From a virus, in IMG/VR virus record IMGVR_UViG_3300014202_001519: DNA of 64,000 nucleotides; one strand, 5' to 3'. Within the stretch, counting starts at the first letter, position 1, and each line of letters opens with the position of its first letter. The position numbers and the translations under genes were made by a program. Below the pieces are notes generated by a model, which was given only the letters and a program-made list of their open reading frames with translations, ran no database searches and had not been told where the DNA came from. Of this stretch, positions 8,375 to 18,111 are shown piece after piece.

Positions 8375-10555
8375 TCAGACCGCTTCCGCCAACGGCTGCA
8401 TCTTGGCGTTATAGTTCCGATCATCAATCCCGCGAACGTATTCCGAGAAATGATTGATAAACTCACCACGCCGCGTCCGATACCATTCGACATACTGCAT
8501 GATCGGATAAGCTTCATCCAAATCTTCGGCAAGCTTATTCAATTCTTCCCCTTCACCATCCAGGGGATAAGCAGTCTTAACCGTTTCGTTCAACCGTAGG
8601 ACCGACTTCACCTTAACATCGTCAGAAGCAGCCTTAGCTTCGCGCAACTTCTCGATAAACTGGCCAAAGACGGAATACGACTCAAAAATTTCGTGGAAAA
8701 AAGGCTCATACCGATCACGATAAGAGACGTTTTCCCACTGACGGAGAAGGTTAATCTTTTCGACGGCCAGCGGAAATTCAGTCTTCAAAACCAAGTCCGC
8801 ATATTCGTCAAACTTCATCCAGCGACTCTTATACTTCTCAATCCGACCCATGTGGGCAGGACGGATACCATACAGTTTGAAATCAGGACGAAGCGCCTTC
8901 ACCGCATCAAACTTCTTCTTAATGTCAGAAGGCAAAGTCTTCAACTCGCCGTCAACAATCTGACCGTAGGAACAGACAACATAGATGCCACCCGCACGCG
9001 GGTCAACTTCCACGTCACCCCACCAATCGGTCATATAATTGCCACCGCAAGACTTATACTCTTGCAAGACGGTACGCTTGACATAGGTTTTCACGCCATT
9101 GCCATCGACCGTTTCCCGCGCCTGACGTTCAGGTTTCGGAAGAGTAGACGCCTTGATAGCAACTTCATCAAGGCCAGTCTCATTCAGAAACTCAGCGCTA
9201 ACGCCAGTGAGCATATAGGCAGACTTACCATGACTGTTCTCGCGCACGTCCTTATGGATGCGACCGAAACCACCGTGCGGAAGATCATTCAAGTAAATCT
9301 TCGTGCCGTCGCAATAGATCGTTTCTTCATCCCGACGACGATAGTGTTCCTTTTTCTTGGAAAGCACTTCGCACTTAGGATAGAGAACATTAGCACGGTC
9401 CATATCAGGATGAAGCTTCTGCACCAGCTTATGGAAATTGACATATTCAGCAATTTCCACGCCGTTGTAAACAACGGTGCCAAGAGCGCGAACCTTGCCC
9501 AAGATGCTATGCTTAATGTCATTCATCAAGCGGCGGGCCTGCCAGATGGTAGGCTGAGCCAGCACTTGCGATTCCATTTCTTCCCGAATGGACGCGATTG
9601 CTTCCTTCAATCGCTTCTTAACGCTCTCAATCGTCTTATCGGTGTAACGCAGCTTTTCACGGGAAGGCACGAAATCAACATCGCCCATATCCACGAAAAG
9701 ATCGACACCATATTCCAACACCGCACGCTCAACGTCATCAATCTTATTATAACTGAAATCGCTGGCCCGAATGGGATAAGCGACGTTACCCATAATGACG
9801 TAGGAATCTTCCTGCCGTTCCTTGCAAATGCCGTACTGGTCAGTGCTGCGGAGATATTCCCGCTTCTTAAACTCAAAATCACCCTTGCCAACGACAGTCG
9901 GCTTCAACTTGAACCAGCTAAGAACGTCAGCAGTCTTACCGTAAATCGTCTCGAAATCCTTAGCTTCGATACCAAGCTCCACCTTCAAACCATTCGGTTC
10001 ATCGGTCGGAGCCTGCCCAAGCTCTGCAAGAGACGGATTGCCTTCATCATCAGTATAGACCGCATAGGCATACTTCGTGCCGTTGTAATTGCTTTCAACG
10101 GTGAAATTATCGGTATGGGCCAACGGCGACTTGGAACCGAGTCCAAGGCAACCAGTGAAATCATCGGACGTAACCTTATCCGAGTCGCAGAAAGTGATAT
10201 AAATACCGTCTTGCCCGCAGATTTGTTCGGGAGAAAGACCAGTGCCGAAATCCTTGACATAGAAAAACGGTTCAAGATCGTTCGGCAAGTGGACTTCAAA
10301 CGGCACGTCACGCTTGCCAGCCTTGACGTGGCTATCGTGCGCGTTCGTGGACAATTCACGAATGAAAGCCTTGATAGGATCAGAATACAAATCGCCGTAG
10401 AGCAGCTTGAAAGACTGACGATTAATCTTGACGCGGAACTTGTGGACCTTAAGCCCATCCGAAAGCGTGACGTTGCCAACCTTAGTTTCAACCTTCATGT
10501 GTTTCTCCTGTAGGGAAAGTATAGTTCTATTGTTCCATTGTGTCTGCACTATCAC
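8375..10555 (-). CDS. rIIA: rIIA-like protein (GHKL/Hsp90-type ATPase N-domain); true start probably MKVETK at 10498
   Basis: LYSDPIKAFIRELSTNAHDSH, DFGTGLS, GCLGLGSKSP, MGNVAYP, PSREKLRY; rIIB nearby. Confidence 0.9.
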   Translation of the reverse strand: MIVQTQWNNRTILSLQEKHMKVETKVGNVTLSDGLKVHKFRVKINRQSFKLLYGDLYSDPIKAFIRELSTNAHDSHVKAGKRDVPFEVHLPNDLEPFFYVKDFGTGLSPEQICGQDGIYITFCDSDKVTSDDFTGCLGLGSKSPLAHTDNFTVESNYNGTKYAYAVYTDDEGNPSLAELGQAPTDEPNGLKVELGIEAKDFETIYGKTADVLSWFKLKPTVVGKGDFEFKKREYLRSTDQYGICKERQEDSYVIMGNVAYPIRASDFSYNKIDDVERAVLEYGVDLFVDMGDVDFVPSREKLRYTDKTIESVKKRLKEAIASIREEMESQVLAQPTIWQARRLMNDIKHSILGKVRALGTVVYNGVEIAEYVNFHKLVQKLHPDMDRANVLYPKCEVLSKKKEHYRRRDEETIYCDGTKIYLNDLPHGGFGRIHKDVRENSHGKSAYMLTGVSAEFLNETGLDEVAIKASTLPKPERQARETVDGNGVKTYVKRTVLQEYKSCGGNYMTDWWGDVEVDPRAGGIYVVCSYGQIVDGELKTLPSDIKKKFDAVKALRPDFKLYGIRPAHMGRIEKYKSRWMKFDEYADLVLKTEFPLAVEKINLLRQWENVSYRDRYEPFFHEIFESYSVFGQFIEKLREAKAASDDVKVKSVLRLNETVKTAYPLDGEGEELNKLAEDLDEAYPIMQYVEWYRTRRGEFINHFSEYVRGIDDRNYNAKMQPLAEAV

Positions 10556-10571
10556 TGGTACAATTGCAATT
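10556..10571 (-). promoter_or_regulatory. 16-bp motif AATTGCAATTGTACCA (copy 1, upstream of rIIA)
   Basis: exact copy; 6 copies in window. Confidence 0.75.
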
Positions 10572-10911
10572 ACGACGGCGGATACTGTGGCCAGTATTCA
10601 CTCTCTTCGTACTTATGGCCTTCCATCCAGAAATTAGTGTCATCTGGAATTGTATATCTACTCCCCTCCAAATGGGAGTCGTCTTCTTCGTGCATGTGGC
10701 AACGATAATAAGTCTCACCGTTATCAAGCATTGCTATTACGTCTTCATCCGTGATTTCTTTAGCCTGCGGTATAACCAACAGGACAGGAACTAAACAATT
10801 CATGCCACGGATGGTTTCCCAGCGGGCCAGAAGCTGCGCATATTCTTCTTGGCTTAATTTAGCCAACCAAGTCCGATACCCATACTCTTCGTCAATTAAG
10901 AGTTTAATCAT
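10570..10911 (-). CDS. hypothetical protein
   Basis: 113-aa ORF between rIIB and rIIA. Confidence 0.55.
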   Translation of the reverse strand: MIKLLIDEEYGYRTWLAKLSQEEYAQLLARWETIRGMNCLVPVLLVIPQAKEITDEDVIAMLDNGETYYRCHMHEEDDSHLEGSRYTIPDDTNFWMEGHKYEESEYWPQYPPS

Positions 10912-10918
10912 AAAGAAT

Positions 10919-10945
10919 ACGGGAGGCTAGTTTCCTAGCCTCCCG
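10919..10945. terminator. hairpin terminator after rIIB
   Basis: cgggaggctag-tttc-ctagcctcccg. Confidence 0.65.
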
Positions 10946-10956
10946 CTATTGGTTAA

Positions 10957-11880
10957 TTACGGTTCAGACATGCCGTATTCATCATCGTCATCGTCATCAT
11001 CGTCGTCATCATCGTCGTCGTCCAACTCTTCATCTTCCAAATCATTATCATCGCTATTAAAGCGAGGATAACCGTCATCGACATTGGACATAGAGCCGAC
11101 TGGTGCCGCCAATGGTTCTGGCGTTGCAGGAGCGTAGCTAGTCTGCGAAGTCTTATAGACTTGCGCCAGCAACTCACCATCCATTTCGCCCACGACAGTA
11201 TAGAAGCACACGCGGCACTTCGTAAACCGTTCTTCGGACGGAACGCAGATAACGTCGGCTGGATTCACTTCCACAATCATAACGTGACCTTCCCCACGGT
11301 GGAAGTCAGTAACGTATTCGATTGCGCCAACGTGATAACCGTTAGAACATTCCTTGCGACGGTCATCATCCACTTCGTTCCGCTCCAGGCGAATCGGAGT
11401 ATCACCTACCTGATTGCGGACGGTGCCACTATGCCAATCCATATAATCAGGCCGCACCGCCTTATAAGCCAAGAAACAACCGTTCTCGGTGATAGGCAGG
11501 TTACGATGAACGAGGAAGTTATAAAGCTCGTTCACAGCATGGAAGTTACCATTCTGCATCAAGTTCTCAAGGAACTTGAGCATAGACGCGAAGGGGAAGC
11601 GATCCGCCATCAACTTTAGGATACGCTTCGTAAGGTTATTGTGCAGCGGCTTGTTCTTATAAAGAACAACACCATGCTCAACCTTGATGTTATTGCCACT
11701 GTAGCTCTCGATAGCCTTTGGCAAGCTGGCGAGACGCACAATCTCAGCGGTATCCTTTTCGGCAATAGCCTTCTTAACCTTGTCAAGCTGCGGATAATCA
11801 GCAGCAAAGACGTGCGGCTTACCATTGACGAAAACAGTAACGATACCGCTTTCACTAATCAAACAACTGAAAGGAACCAT
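10957..11880 (-). CDS. rIIB: rIIB-like protein with acidic poly-Asp tail
   Basis: LPITENGCFLAYKAV, CSNGYHVG, VEVNPADVICVP...KCRVC motifs. Confidence 0.9.
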   Translation of the reverse strand: MVPFSCLISESGIVTVFVNGKPHVFAADYPQLDKVKKAIAEKDTAEIVRLASLPKAIESYSGNNIKVEHGVVLYKNKPLHNNLTKRILKLMADRFPFASMLKFLENLMQNGNFHAVNELYNFLVHRNLPITENGCFLAYKAVRPDYMDWHSGTVRNQVGDTPIRLERNEVDDDRRKECSNGYHVGAIEYVTDFHRGEGHVMIVEVNPADVICVPSEERFTKCRVCFYTVVGEMDGELLAQVYKTSQTSYAPATPEPLAAPVGSMSNVDDGYPRFNSDDNDLEDEELDDDDDDDDDDDDDDEYGMSEP

Positions 11881-11923
11881 GTACTCACTCCTGATTTGGA
11901 TTTGGTTAGCTCAACGCTTAGTT

Positions 11924-11939
11924 TGGTACAATTGCAATT
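11924..11939 (-). promoter_or_regulatory. 16-bp motif AATTGCAATTGTACCA (copy 2, upstream of rIIB)
   Basis: exact copy. Confidence 0.75.
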
Positions 11940-12267
11940 ACTCAGTGATCGTTTCGCCCACAGTCAAGTTTAGCTTATACTCACCGCGAGCAATGCAGGA
12001 ACCGACCCCATTGACCATAGGCCCATGATCGGTAAGCTGTAGAATGCCCGTATCAAACAAAATAGTGGCACTGTCGAACTTCGTGCCAGGAGCGTGCTTG
12101 CCAATCTGGACCTTGAGGATAGGTTCATAGTACGTCATGCACTCATGGTCGCCATCCCAGCCTTTCCAACTGAAAAGCTGAGTCTCAATCGTTCCATCTT
12201 CAACACGCTTCTCAACGTCGTCATCTTCATCAGGCATGAGTTTCACCTTGGTTGTGTCGTAAATCAT
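11938..12267 (-). CDS. hypothetical protein
   Basis: 109-aa ORF, ATG 8 nt downstream of motif copy 3. Confidence 0.6.
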   Translation of the reverse strand: MIYDTTKVKLMPDEDDDVEKRVEDGTIETQLFSWKGWDGDHECMTYYEPILKVQIGKHAPGTKFDSATILFDTGILQLTDHGPMVNGVGSCIARGEYKLNLTVGETITE

Positions 12268-12275
12268 GCTTCGGT

Positions 12276-12291
12276 TGGTACAATTGCAATT
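12276..12291 (-). promoter_or_regulatory. 16-bp motif AATTGCAATTGTACCA (copy 3)
   Basis: exact copy. Confidence 0.75.
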
Positions 12292-12367
12292 TGGTGTATA
12301 CGGCTGTTCACCGCAGCGATTGCCGCCACTCCATTACTATACCACGAATTTCGCCTTTGGAAAACAG

Positions 12368-13057
12368 TTAAAGCAGTTTCCCCATGCGATTCATCCTGCG
12401 AGCCTGTATAAGAAATTCATCTACCGTTCGGTACATATGAACTTCCTTGGTCTTATACTGGCAGTTTCTCATGAACCCACAATATTTCGGATTTATGCTA
12501 CGAGTAATCAAATAAACTGGATTGCCAACACTTATAGAAACAACACTTAAACCGCTCGGACACCCCACAAAGAAACGACATTTAGATAAAGTGTCAACGA
12601 TAAAACGAATCGGCTTTTTGTGGCCTACGTCAACTGGAATAAAACCCATTCTTCTAAGACTTCTTAATAGGTAAAGCTGCCGCTGCCACGGCAAGTTTTT
12701 CTCATTGCCTAAATGATTACCGTCAAATTGATAAGCTACAATGTTGGATGCTCTATTATATTGCCACTTCTTATGTGTCGGCACGAACTTTACTAAAAAA
12801 GGCTCACAGTACCCAAGTTGCTTTTGAAGAGGATTATGGGCAAGATGAATCTTGCCCTTAGAGCGCAAATGCGGAATTATACTACGAATGATAGCTCTGA
12901 TTTTTTCATTTCTTGTGAAGAACCGCGTCGGTCGCCCCGCTTCCTCCGACACTCGCAAAAGATAACTCGTCAATGCCCATATATCCCCAAACCCACACAT
13001 GTCCGCATAACCGTAAATCTTATCTTTTGCAGTCGAGAGCTTCCTGAATTTTAACAT
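12368..13057 (-). CDS. glycosyltransferase, GT9 (heptosyltransferase)-like GT-B fold
   Basis: GFGDI N-terminal motif, FFVGCPSGLS C-terminal motif. Confidence 0.6.
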   Translation of the reverse strand: MLKFRKLSTAKDKIYGYADMCGFGDIWALTSYLLRVSEEAGRPTRFFTRNEKIRAIIRSIIPHLRSKGKIHLAHNPLQKQLGYCEPFLVKFVPTHKKWQYNRASNIVAYQFDGNHLGNEKNLPWQRQLYLLRSLRRMGFIPVDVGHKKPIRFIVDTLSKCRFFVGCPSGLSVVSISVGNPVYLITRSINPKYCGFMRNCQYKTKEVHMYRTVDEFLIQARRMNRMGKLL

Positions 13058-13550
13058 TTACATTATGTAGCGGCGCGTTTCTGTCTTTTTCCGATAAGAT
13101 GGGCCAAGGCCACTTAATATTTAATTCAGGATCAGCATAATTCACTATTTGCTCCACTCGCGGATCATATAAACCATCCTGCGCATAAACCACCAGTGAA
13201 TCGTCTTCCATACTTAAAAAACCATGCGCACAGTGCGGCGGTATATATAAAGCGTTATTACCCGTCAACTCCAGACCATACCAGCCAAGATACGTCCGCG
13301 AATCCTTCCGCACATCAGCCACCACATCAAATATCTTCCCCTTCACACAGTAAACCAACTTGGCAAAAGGAGCAATATGTAACCCGCGAATGACATTCTT
13401 GCTAGATGATGAACAATTGATCTGTGAAACCCTGAAATCAGGCAAATGCTTGTGTGAAAACAACTCTTGAAAATAGCCCCTTTGATCGCTATACCTGCTG
13501 ACTTCACAGGTAAAGGCATCATAAACGGATTCAAGTTTTGTTATGCGCAT
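13020..13550 (-). CDS. rfbC: dTDP-4-dehydrorhamnose 3,5-epimerase
   Basis: DQRGYFQE, QINCSSS..NVIRGLH, KLVYC..G.IFDVVADVR, LYIPPHCAHGF, ILSEKD. Confidence 0.92.
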   Translation of the reverse strand: MRITKLESVYDAFTCEVSRYSDQRGYFQELFSHKHLPDFRVSQINCSSSSKNVIRGLHIAPFAKLVYCVKGKIFDVVADVRKDSRTYLGWYGLELTGNNALYIPPHCAHGFLSMEDDSLVVYAQDGLYDPRVEQIVNYADPELNIKWPWPILSEKDRNAPLHNVNVKIQEALDCKR

Positions 13551-13556
13551 AACCCC

Positions 13557-13730
13557 TTATGCCTCTTTATCTTGTGATTCCTGTACATCGTATGGAGGAA
13601 TAGGATGTGATTTTAACTTACTTTTATCTTCCTCTTCAATTACCTCTGGAATAGGTAATTCTCTGTTTTTCTTTTTTAAACCACTTCTGGTCATTTTTAA
13701 GTTACTTCTTGGTTTTCTTCCACAGCACAT
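13557..13730 (-). CDS. small basic protein beginning MCCGRK (not in ORF track)
   Basis: 57-codon ORF read by hand; TAGATAA motif 3 nt upstream. Confidence 0.5.
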   Translation of the reverse strand: MCCGRKPRSNLKMTRSGLKKKNRELPIPEVIEEEDKSKLKSHPIPPYDVQESQDKEA

Positions 13731-13737
13731 ACTTTAT

Positions 13738-14121
13738 CTATTCGCTAAATGAACAATTTGGACATTTTACCACAATCATGCCCTTATCCAACTCGAATTT
13801 GCAATTCTCTTCTTTTGCATACTCGACTTTGAACCGTTTCTTACATTTAGGACAAAGGTAATAATCCCTTCTAGCCACCTTGAAAACTGCTTTCTTGGTT
13901 TTTTCAAGGATCATTTCATCATAAGCACGATGAAAGATGCGAGCCATCGCATACCAAGCTCGTTTTCGCTTCTTAACTTTTTCCGCGTTAGCTCGAAAGA
14001 TGCACTGATTAGAAAACTCCATTAAGAGTTTGTCTAGCGTGGTAGTGCGCAGCACACCATCCAACACGCCGCTTAAACTGTTCTTCTCGATCAGTTTTCT
14101 AACTCTGCTGGATAGCTTCAT
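13738..14121 (-). CDS. hypothetical protein with C-terminal Zn ribbon (start reassigned to MKLSSR)
   Basis: CPKC...CPNC; GGGGGA RBS and sigma70-like promoter upstream of 14121. Confidence 0.6.
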   Translation of the reverse strand: MKLSSRVRKLIEKNSLSGVLDGVLRTTTLDKLLMEFSNQCIFRANAEKVKKRKRAWYAMARIFHRAYDEMILEKTKKAVFKVARRDYYLCPKCKKRFKVEYAKEENCKFELDKGMIVVKCPNCSFSE

Positions 14122-14137
14122 GGTGTCCCCCTGAACT

Positions 14138-14165
14138 ACTATACTACAAATTTGAAGATTGTAAA
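14138..14165 (-). promoter_or_regulatory. sigma70-like promoter TTTACA-N16-TATAGT
   Basis: 16-bp spacer class. Confidence 0.55.
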
Positions 14166-14191
14166 AAGGAATTTCCCACATACATAAAGGT

Positions 14192-16594
14192 ATGGCATTA
14201 TTATTTACAGAAGGCTTTGATTCATACCCAAACCCTATTCCACTTTGGTATAAATGGAATCGACAAACCACCGCTCCCCGTGTTACAGGAAGAACTGGCT
14301 TTGGTATTCAAGTTAATAGCGGCGACTTCATCGCTAGAACCGTCGAAGATACCACAACTATGATTGTAGGTTTCGCCATTAAACCTACCAATACTGGTGC
14401 CGCTAACTACAAAATCGCTAGAATATATAACAAAGAAGATCAAGCTGTAATTAATGTAGGTCTAACTGGTTTTACAACCATATATGTCGAAGACTTTAAT
14501 GCCGTTGTCGATATTTCCACATTCAATTTGCCGCTCAATCAGTGGAGCTACATAGAAATCAAAGTGAGCCAAGCTATTGATAATGCTCCCGTAGGTGCCG
14601 TTCGTGTCCGTGCCACCGTTGGTGCATTAATACATACGTTGTATACAAGCCCTGGTGGTCGAGATTTTAATAACGCAACACTAAACACTGTATGTACTTG
14701 CGTATTTAATGGTGACGGCGATCAACAATATGATGATATTTATATTGCTGATACTACTGGTCCAGCTAATAACGATTTCCTTGGCGCAATTAAAATAAAG
14801 ACATTAATGCCAACCGCCAATGGGTTTGTAACACAACTTAATCCTGTAGGCGCTGGAACCAATTATCAGGCTGTAAATAATCCAGTATTAACACCCGATA
14901 CAACCTATGTGGATTCAAGAATCATTGGTGATAAAGATTTGTATGTTGGTGGAGGTTTAGTCGTAACTCCAGGTAATTCAGTAGCCGCCGTCGTGGTTAA
15001 TGCAGTGACTAGAAAAGATAAATCTGGCTATGGTAACATTGGCCTTCCTGTAAGATTTGGGTCTACTGATAGTGACAGTTGTGCCTATTTCGTCCCATCT
15101 GGCTATCAAACTTTTCAGAGACATTTAGACTTAAATCCAGTGACTAATGCACCCTGGAATCAGCTTGATGTAAATAGTATGCAGGCTGGTGTCTCCATCG
15201 GCGGTTGTCCAGAACCACCAGAGGATGTAATGGTCATTAGAGGATTTGGTCAAATTACTATCGCTTGGAATCCACCATCCACTGGCCCAACTCCAGATTG
15301 TTATACAATTTATAGAAGTGATACAGTCGGCGGCGTAGGAACGCCTATTGCCACTTGTATTCAGGGGACAACTTATTTAGAGACAGTTACAGGTCGGAGC
15401 TACATTGATACTACCGTAGTGAATGGAACAACATACTACTATTACGTTGTTTCTGTGTTGGGTGATTGTTGCGTCAGTAATACAGGTGGTCCTGGTACTT
15501 CACCAAGCACTAGCTGGACAATTATCCCTGGTGCTATGCAGGTGTTGAAGTTGGCATTGGTCGATCAACAAATTTATTCAACATTTAATGCTGATGGTTT
15601 CTATTTGACAAGAACCTGTTATTATCCAATCCAAACTCAGATATTCGGCACTTGGATTAATGAAGGTGATGGCTTGGCTCAACAACATTTTGATATTGCT
15701 CTTAATTATGTCCAAGAAACCAGTGCTGGTAGTAATCCCCCAATGCGTGGTGTTGACATATTGAACCAGCTAGCAATCCCTTACAATTATACTACTAATC
15801 GCGGCTTTACTAGAAGATATGATTTTGATGGTACGGCTTCATATGATTCCTTAAATTACGGAAATATAGGAATAGATTCTGCCAAGAAACCAGCAACTGG
15901 CCAAGGCGGAACAATTTATGTTCTTAATGAAACTTTAGGTCAAATTCATATAGCTGAAATCAATGCCTTGACTGGAACAATGAGTCTAGTTAGAAATATT
16001 GATACGACCGTCAATAATCTTAATACAAAGCAAATGGCATTAGCGGCTCCTGCTGGTTATATCTATTTCATTGATAATGATACAATTTACAGAGTAGATG
16101 AATCCACATTGCTCCTCGTAGATCAGGAATCCGTAGACCCAGGTAAACGACTCGAAGCAATTGTTTACGATAAAGAGTCTAATGTGATTCTTACTTCCGA
16201 GTATCTGACTGGCGGCTCGCCAACTGACATTGAAATTGTCCGCTGGGATGCCACCACGTTTACAGAATTGAGCAGACAAGCATATGATGCATATTCTAAC
16301 GATCATAAGCCTGGCGCTAGAGGATTAGCTTACTGGTTAAATAAGGTTTATTTGAGACTTACTGATTCGCTAAATAATGCTGCCGATAAAATCATACAGG
16401 TGGATCATAACAGCTTGAATGTATTGCAGACTTTGGACTGTGTGTATCATCCTACTTATGGTGGAACGTTCCGTAGCTGCTCAACCTACCAAGAAATACA
16501 CATAAACCCATTAAATCTCGGATATGTCTTGGGGCAACGTGCAGAAGGACAAACTTTCCCTAATGAGAACACGCTAATGCAGTTTACATTATGA
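14192..16594 (+). CDS. virion/tail protein: MAL..EGF lectin-like domain pair, FN3 domain, C-terminal beta-propeller-like region
   Basis: paralogous N-terminus with 17097 and 18112; FN3 pattern W.PP...YTIYRS...Y.DTTV.NGTTYYY.V; TACATAA upstream. Confidence 0.7.
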   Translation: MALLFTEGFDSYPNPIPLWYKWNRQTTAPRVTGRTGFGIQVNSGDFIARTVEDTTTMIVGFAIKPTNTGAANYKIARIYNKEDQAVINVGLTGFTTIYVEDFNAVVDISTFNLPLNQWSYIEIKVSQAIDNAPVGAVRVRATVGALIHTLYTSPGGRDFNNATLNTVCTCVFNGDGDQQYDDIYIADTTGPANNDFLGAIKIKTLMPTANGFVTQLNPVGAGTNYQAVNNPVLTPDTTYVDSRIIGDKDLYVGGGLVVTPGNSVAAVVVNAVTRKDKSGYGNIGLPVRFGSTDSDSCAYFVPSGYQTFQRHLDLNPVTNAPWNQLDVNSMQAGVSIGGCPEPPEDVMVIRGFGQITIAWNPPSTGPTPDCYTIYRSDTVGGVGTPIATCIQGTTYLETVTGRSYIDTTVVNGTTYYYYVVSVLGDCCVSNTGGPGTSPSTSWTIIPGAMQVLKLALVDQQIYSTFNADGFYLTRTCYYPIQTQIFGTWINEGDGLAQQHFDIALNYVQETSAGSNPPMRGVDILNQLAIPYNYTTNRGFTRRYDFDGTASYDSLNYGNIGIDSAKKPATGQGGTIYVLNETLGQIHIAEINALTGTMSLVRNIDTTVNNLNTKQMALAAPAGYIYFIDNDTIYRVDESTLLLVDQESVDPGKRLEAIVYDKESNVILTSEYLTGGSPTDIEIVRWDATTFTELSRQAYDAYSNDHKPGARGLAYWLNKVYLRLTDSLNNAADKIIQVDHNSLNVLQTLDCVYHPTYGGTFRSCSTYQEIHINPLNLGYVLGQRAEGQTFPNENTLMQFTL

Positions 16595-17082
16595 TAAAAA
16601 TAGAAATGAAGAAAGAACTCAGCGATTACCTGGATAAAGCAATCGCTGAGTTCTCTTTCAAACCAAAACAAAATGAATACACTCCAAAACTGGAAGAGAT
16701 TGATATTCCAGCCAGCGATCTACCCTGGAATCGTGAAGGTTTTTATTATACTATTTTTTTACAGTCAAATGAAACATTATTTGCCAGTCTAATGCCAAAC
16801 AAGCAGTTTCTAGCCCAAACTGGCAAATTTTATTATCCGCCTGGCGGATACATGGGCTGGCATACTAATTCAAATCACGAAGGCTATCGAATTTACGCAA
16901 CCCGTTGCAAAGAAAGTAATAAAAGTTTCTTCCGCTATGTTCTTGATGGCGAAGTTCATACGGATTGGGAGCAAGAAGGATGGAATTGCAGACTCTTTGA
17001 AGTAAGAAAAGACAAACTATACTGGCATTGCGTCTGGTCTGACACGGATCGTTATAGTTTTGGATTTAGATTTGCTTTCTAA
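16591..17082 (+). CDS. 2OG-Fe(II) oxygenase-like (cupin/DSBH) protein
   Basis: YPPGGYMGWHTN ... WHCV...DRYSFGF (H-x-N...H, distal R-x-S). Confidence 0.65.
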   Translation: MIKIEMKKELSDYLDKAIAEFSFKPKQNEYTPKLEEIDIPASDLPWNREGFYYTIFLQSNETLFASLMPNKQFLAQTGKFYYPPGGYMGWHTNSNHEGYRIYATRCKESNKSFFRYVLDGEVHTDWEQEGWNCRLFEVRKDKLYWHCVWSDTDRYSFGFRFAF

Positions 17083-17096
17083 GTTCTAAATACTGC

Positions 17097-18083
17097 ATGA
17101 TTAAGTTTCTCGAAGGATTCGACTCATACGGCCCCGTAAGCTTCCAATCTTCATATAAATGGAATAACGCTAACGTTGTGACACTCGGCGCTGGCCGTTT
17201 TAGTGGTTTTGCAGCCTATCTCGATACGACAACCCTTAAAAAGACAATTACCCCAGCATCTGGTATGACCGCTGGATTCTCATTGATCCTTCCAGGTGAC
17301 GGTGGAGATTTCATGATATGGGTAGATGACACCGATAGCTATATCATGAACGTAGGCACCAATGCCATCAACTCCCTTGTATATGTAACATCTAATACCA
17401 CCGCATACTCAACAACCGCCATCCCACTCAATACCTGGGTTTATTTTGAAATCTCTATTAACGATTTCACGTCAACCGCCGCTGGCAACATCATCATGCG
17501 TATGAACGGCGATGTAATATTTGAGTCCCCACTTGGTTTCACCCTACAAGGTACTGGTCTTGCCAGTGGTTTTAGCATATTAGGGGCTGGAATTAATACC
17601 ATTGGTTATGACGATTTGTATATTTGTGATAATTTAGGAACATATAACACCGCATTTATTGAGGATGGTGAGATATTGACTTTGTTCCCGAATGGTCCAG
17701 GCGATGTGACAGATTTCGGGTTAGTCGGAGCAGCAACAAATTGGGAAGCGGTAAGTGAACAGCCATTTGATGGTGATACGAGCTATGTTTTCAGTGGTGT
17801 AGCTGGAGAACAGGATTTATATACTGTTGACACCATAACCCTTGGCAATACGTTTGTTATTCCAGGTATCATGGTTAATGCGGTGGCTAGATATGATAAT
17901 ATTGATCCTGCGTATTGGGTGGCACTTATAAAAAGTGGGGTTAATTTGGGGGCTGCAACAGGAATAAGCGTGACAAACGCTTACCTGAACCATCAAAGCG
18001 TATTTGAAAGGGAACCAGTAACTAATAACCCTTGGACTGAGACTATGGTAAATGCTATGCAAATTGGTTCAGAAGTTGGTTAG
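17097..18083 (+). CDS. virion/tail-associated protein (EGF[DE] family paralog 2)
   Basis: F.EGFD start, WVYFEI, YDDLYICD, EP.T..PW...VNAMQIG end. Confidence 0.7.
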   Translation: MIKFLEGFDSYGPVSFQSSYKWNNANVVTLGAGRFSGFAAYLDTTTLKKTITPASGMTAGFSLILPGDGGDFMIWVDDTDSYIMNVGTNAINSLVYVTSNTTAYSTTAIPLNTWVYFEISINDFTSTAAGNIIMRMNGDVIFESPLGFTLQGTGLASGFSILGAGINTIGYDDLYICDNLGTYNTAFIEDGEILTLFPNGPGDVTDFGLVGAATNWEAVSEQPFDGDTSYVFSGVAGEQDLYTVDTITLGNTFVIPGIMVNAVARYDNIDPAYWVALIKSGVNLGAATGISVTNAYLNHQSVFEREPVTNNPWTETMVNAMQIGSEVG

Positions 18084-18111
18084 TAAATGTATATAAAATA
18101 AAGGAATTATT

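Noticed and set aside
8693-10513. 606-aa plus-strand ORF antisense to rIIA
   Set aside because: Shadow ORF explained by rIIA codon bias; no recognisable motifs
10975-11050. Trinucleotide (tca/tcg) microsatellite-like tract
   Set aside because: Encodes the poly-Asp tail of rIIB; no independent function evident
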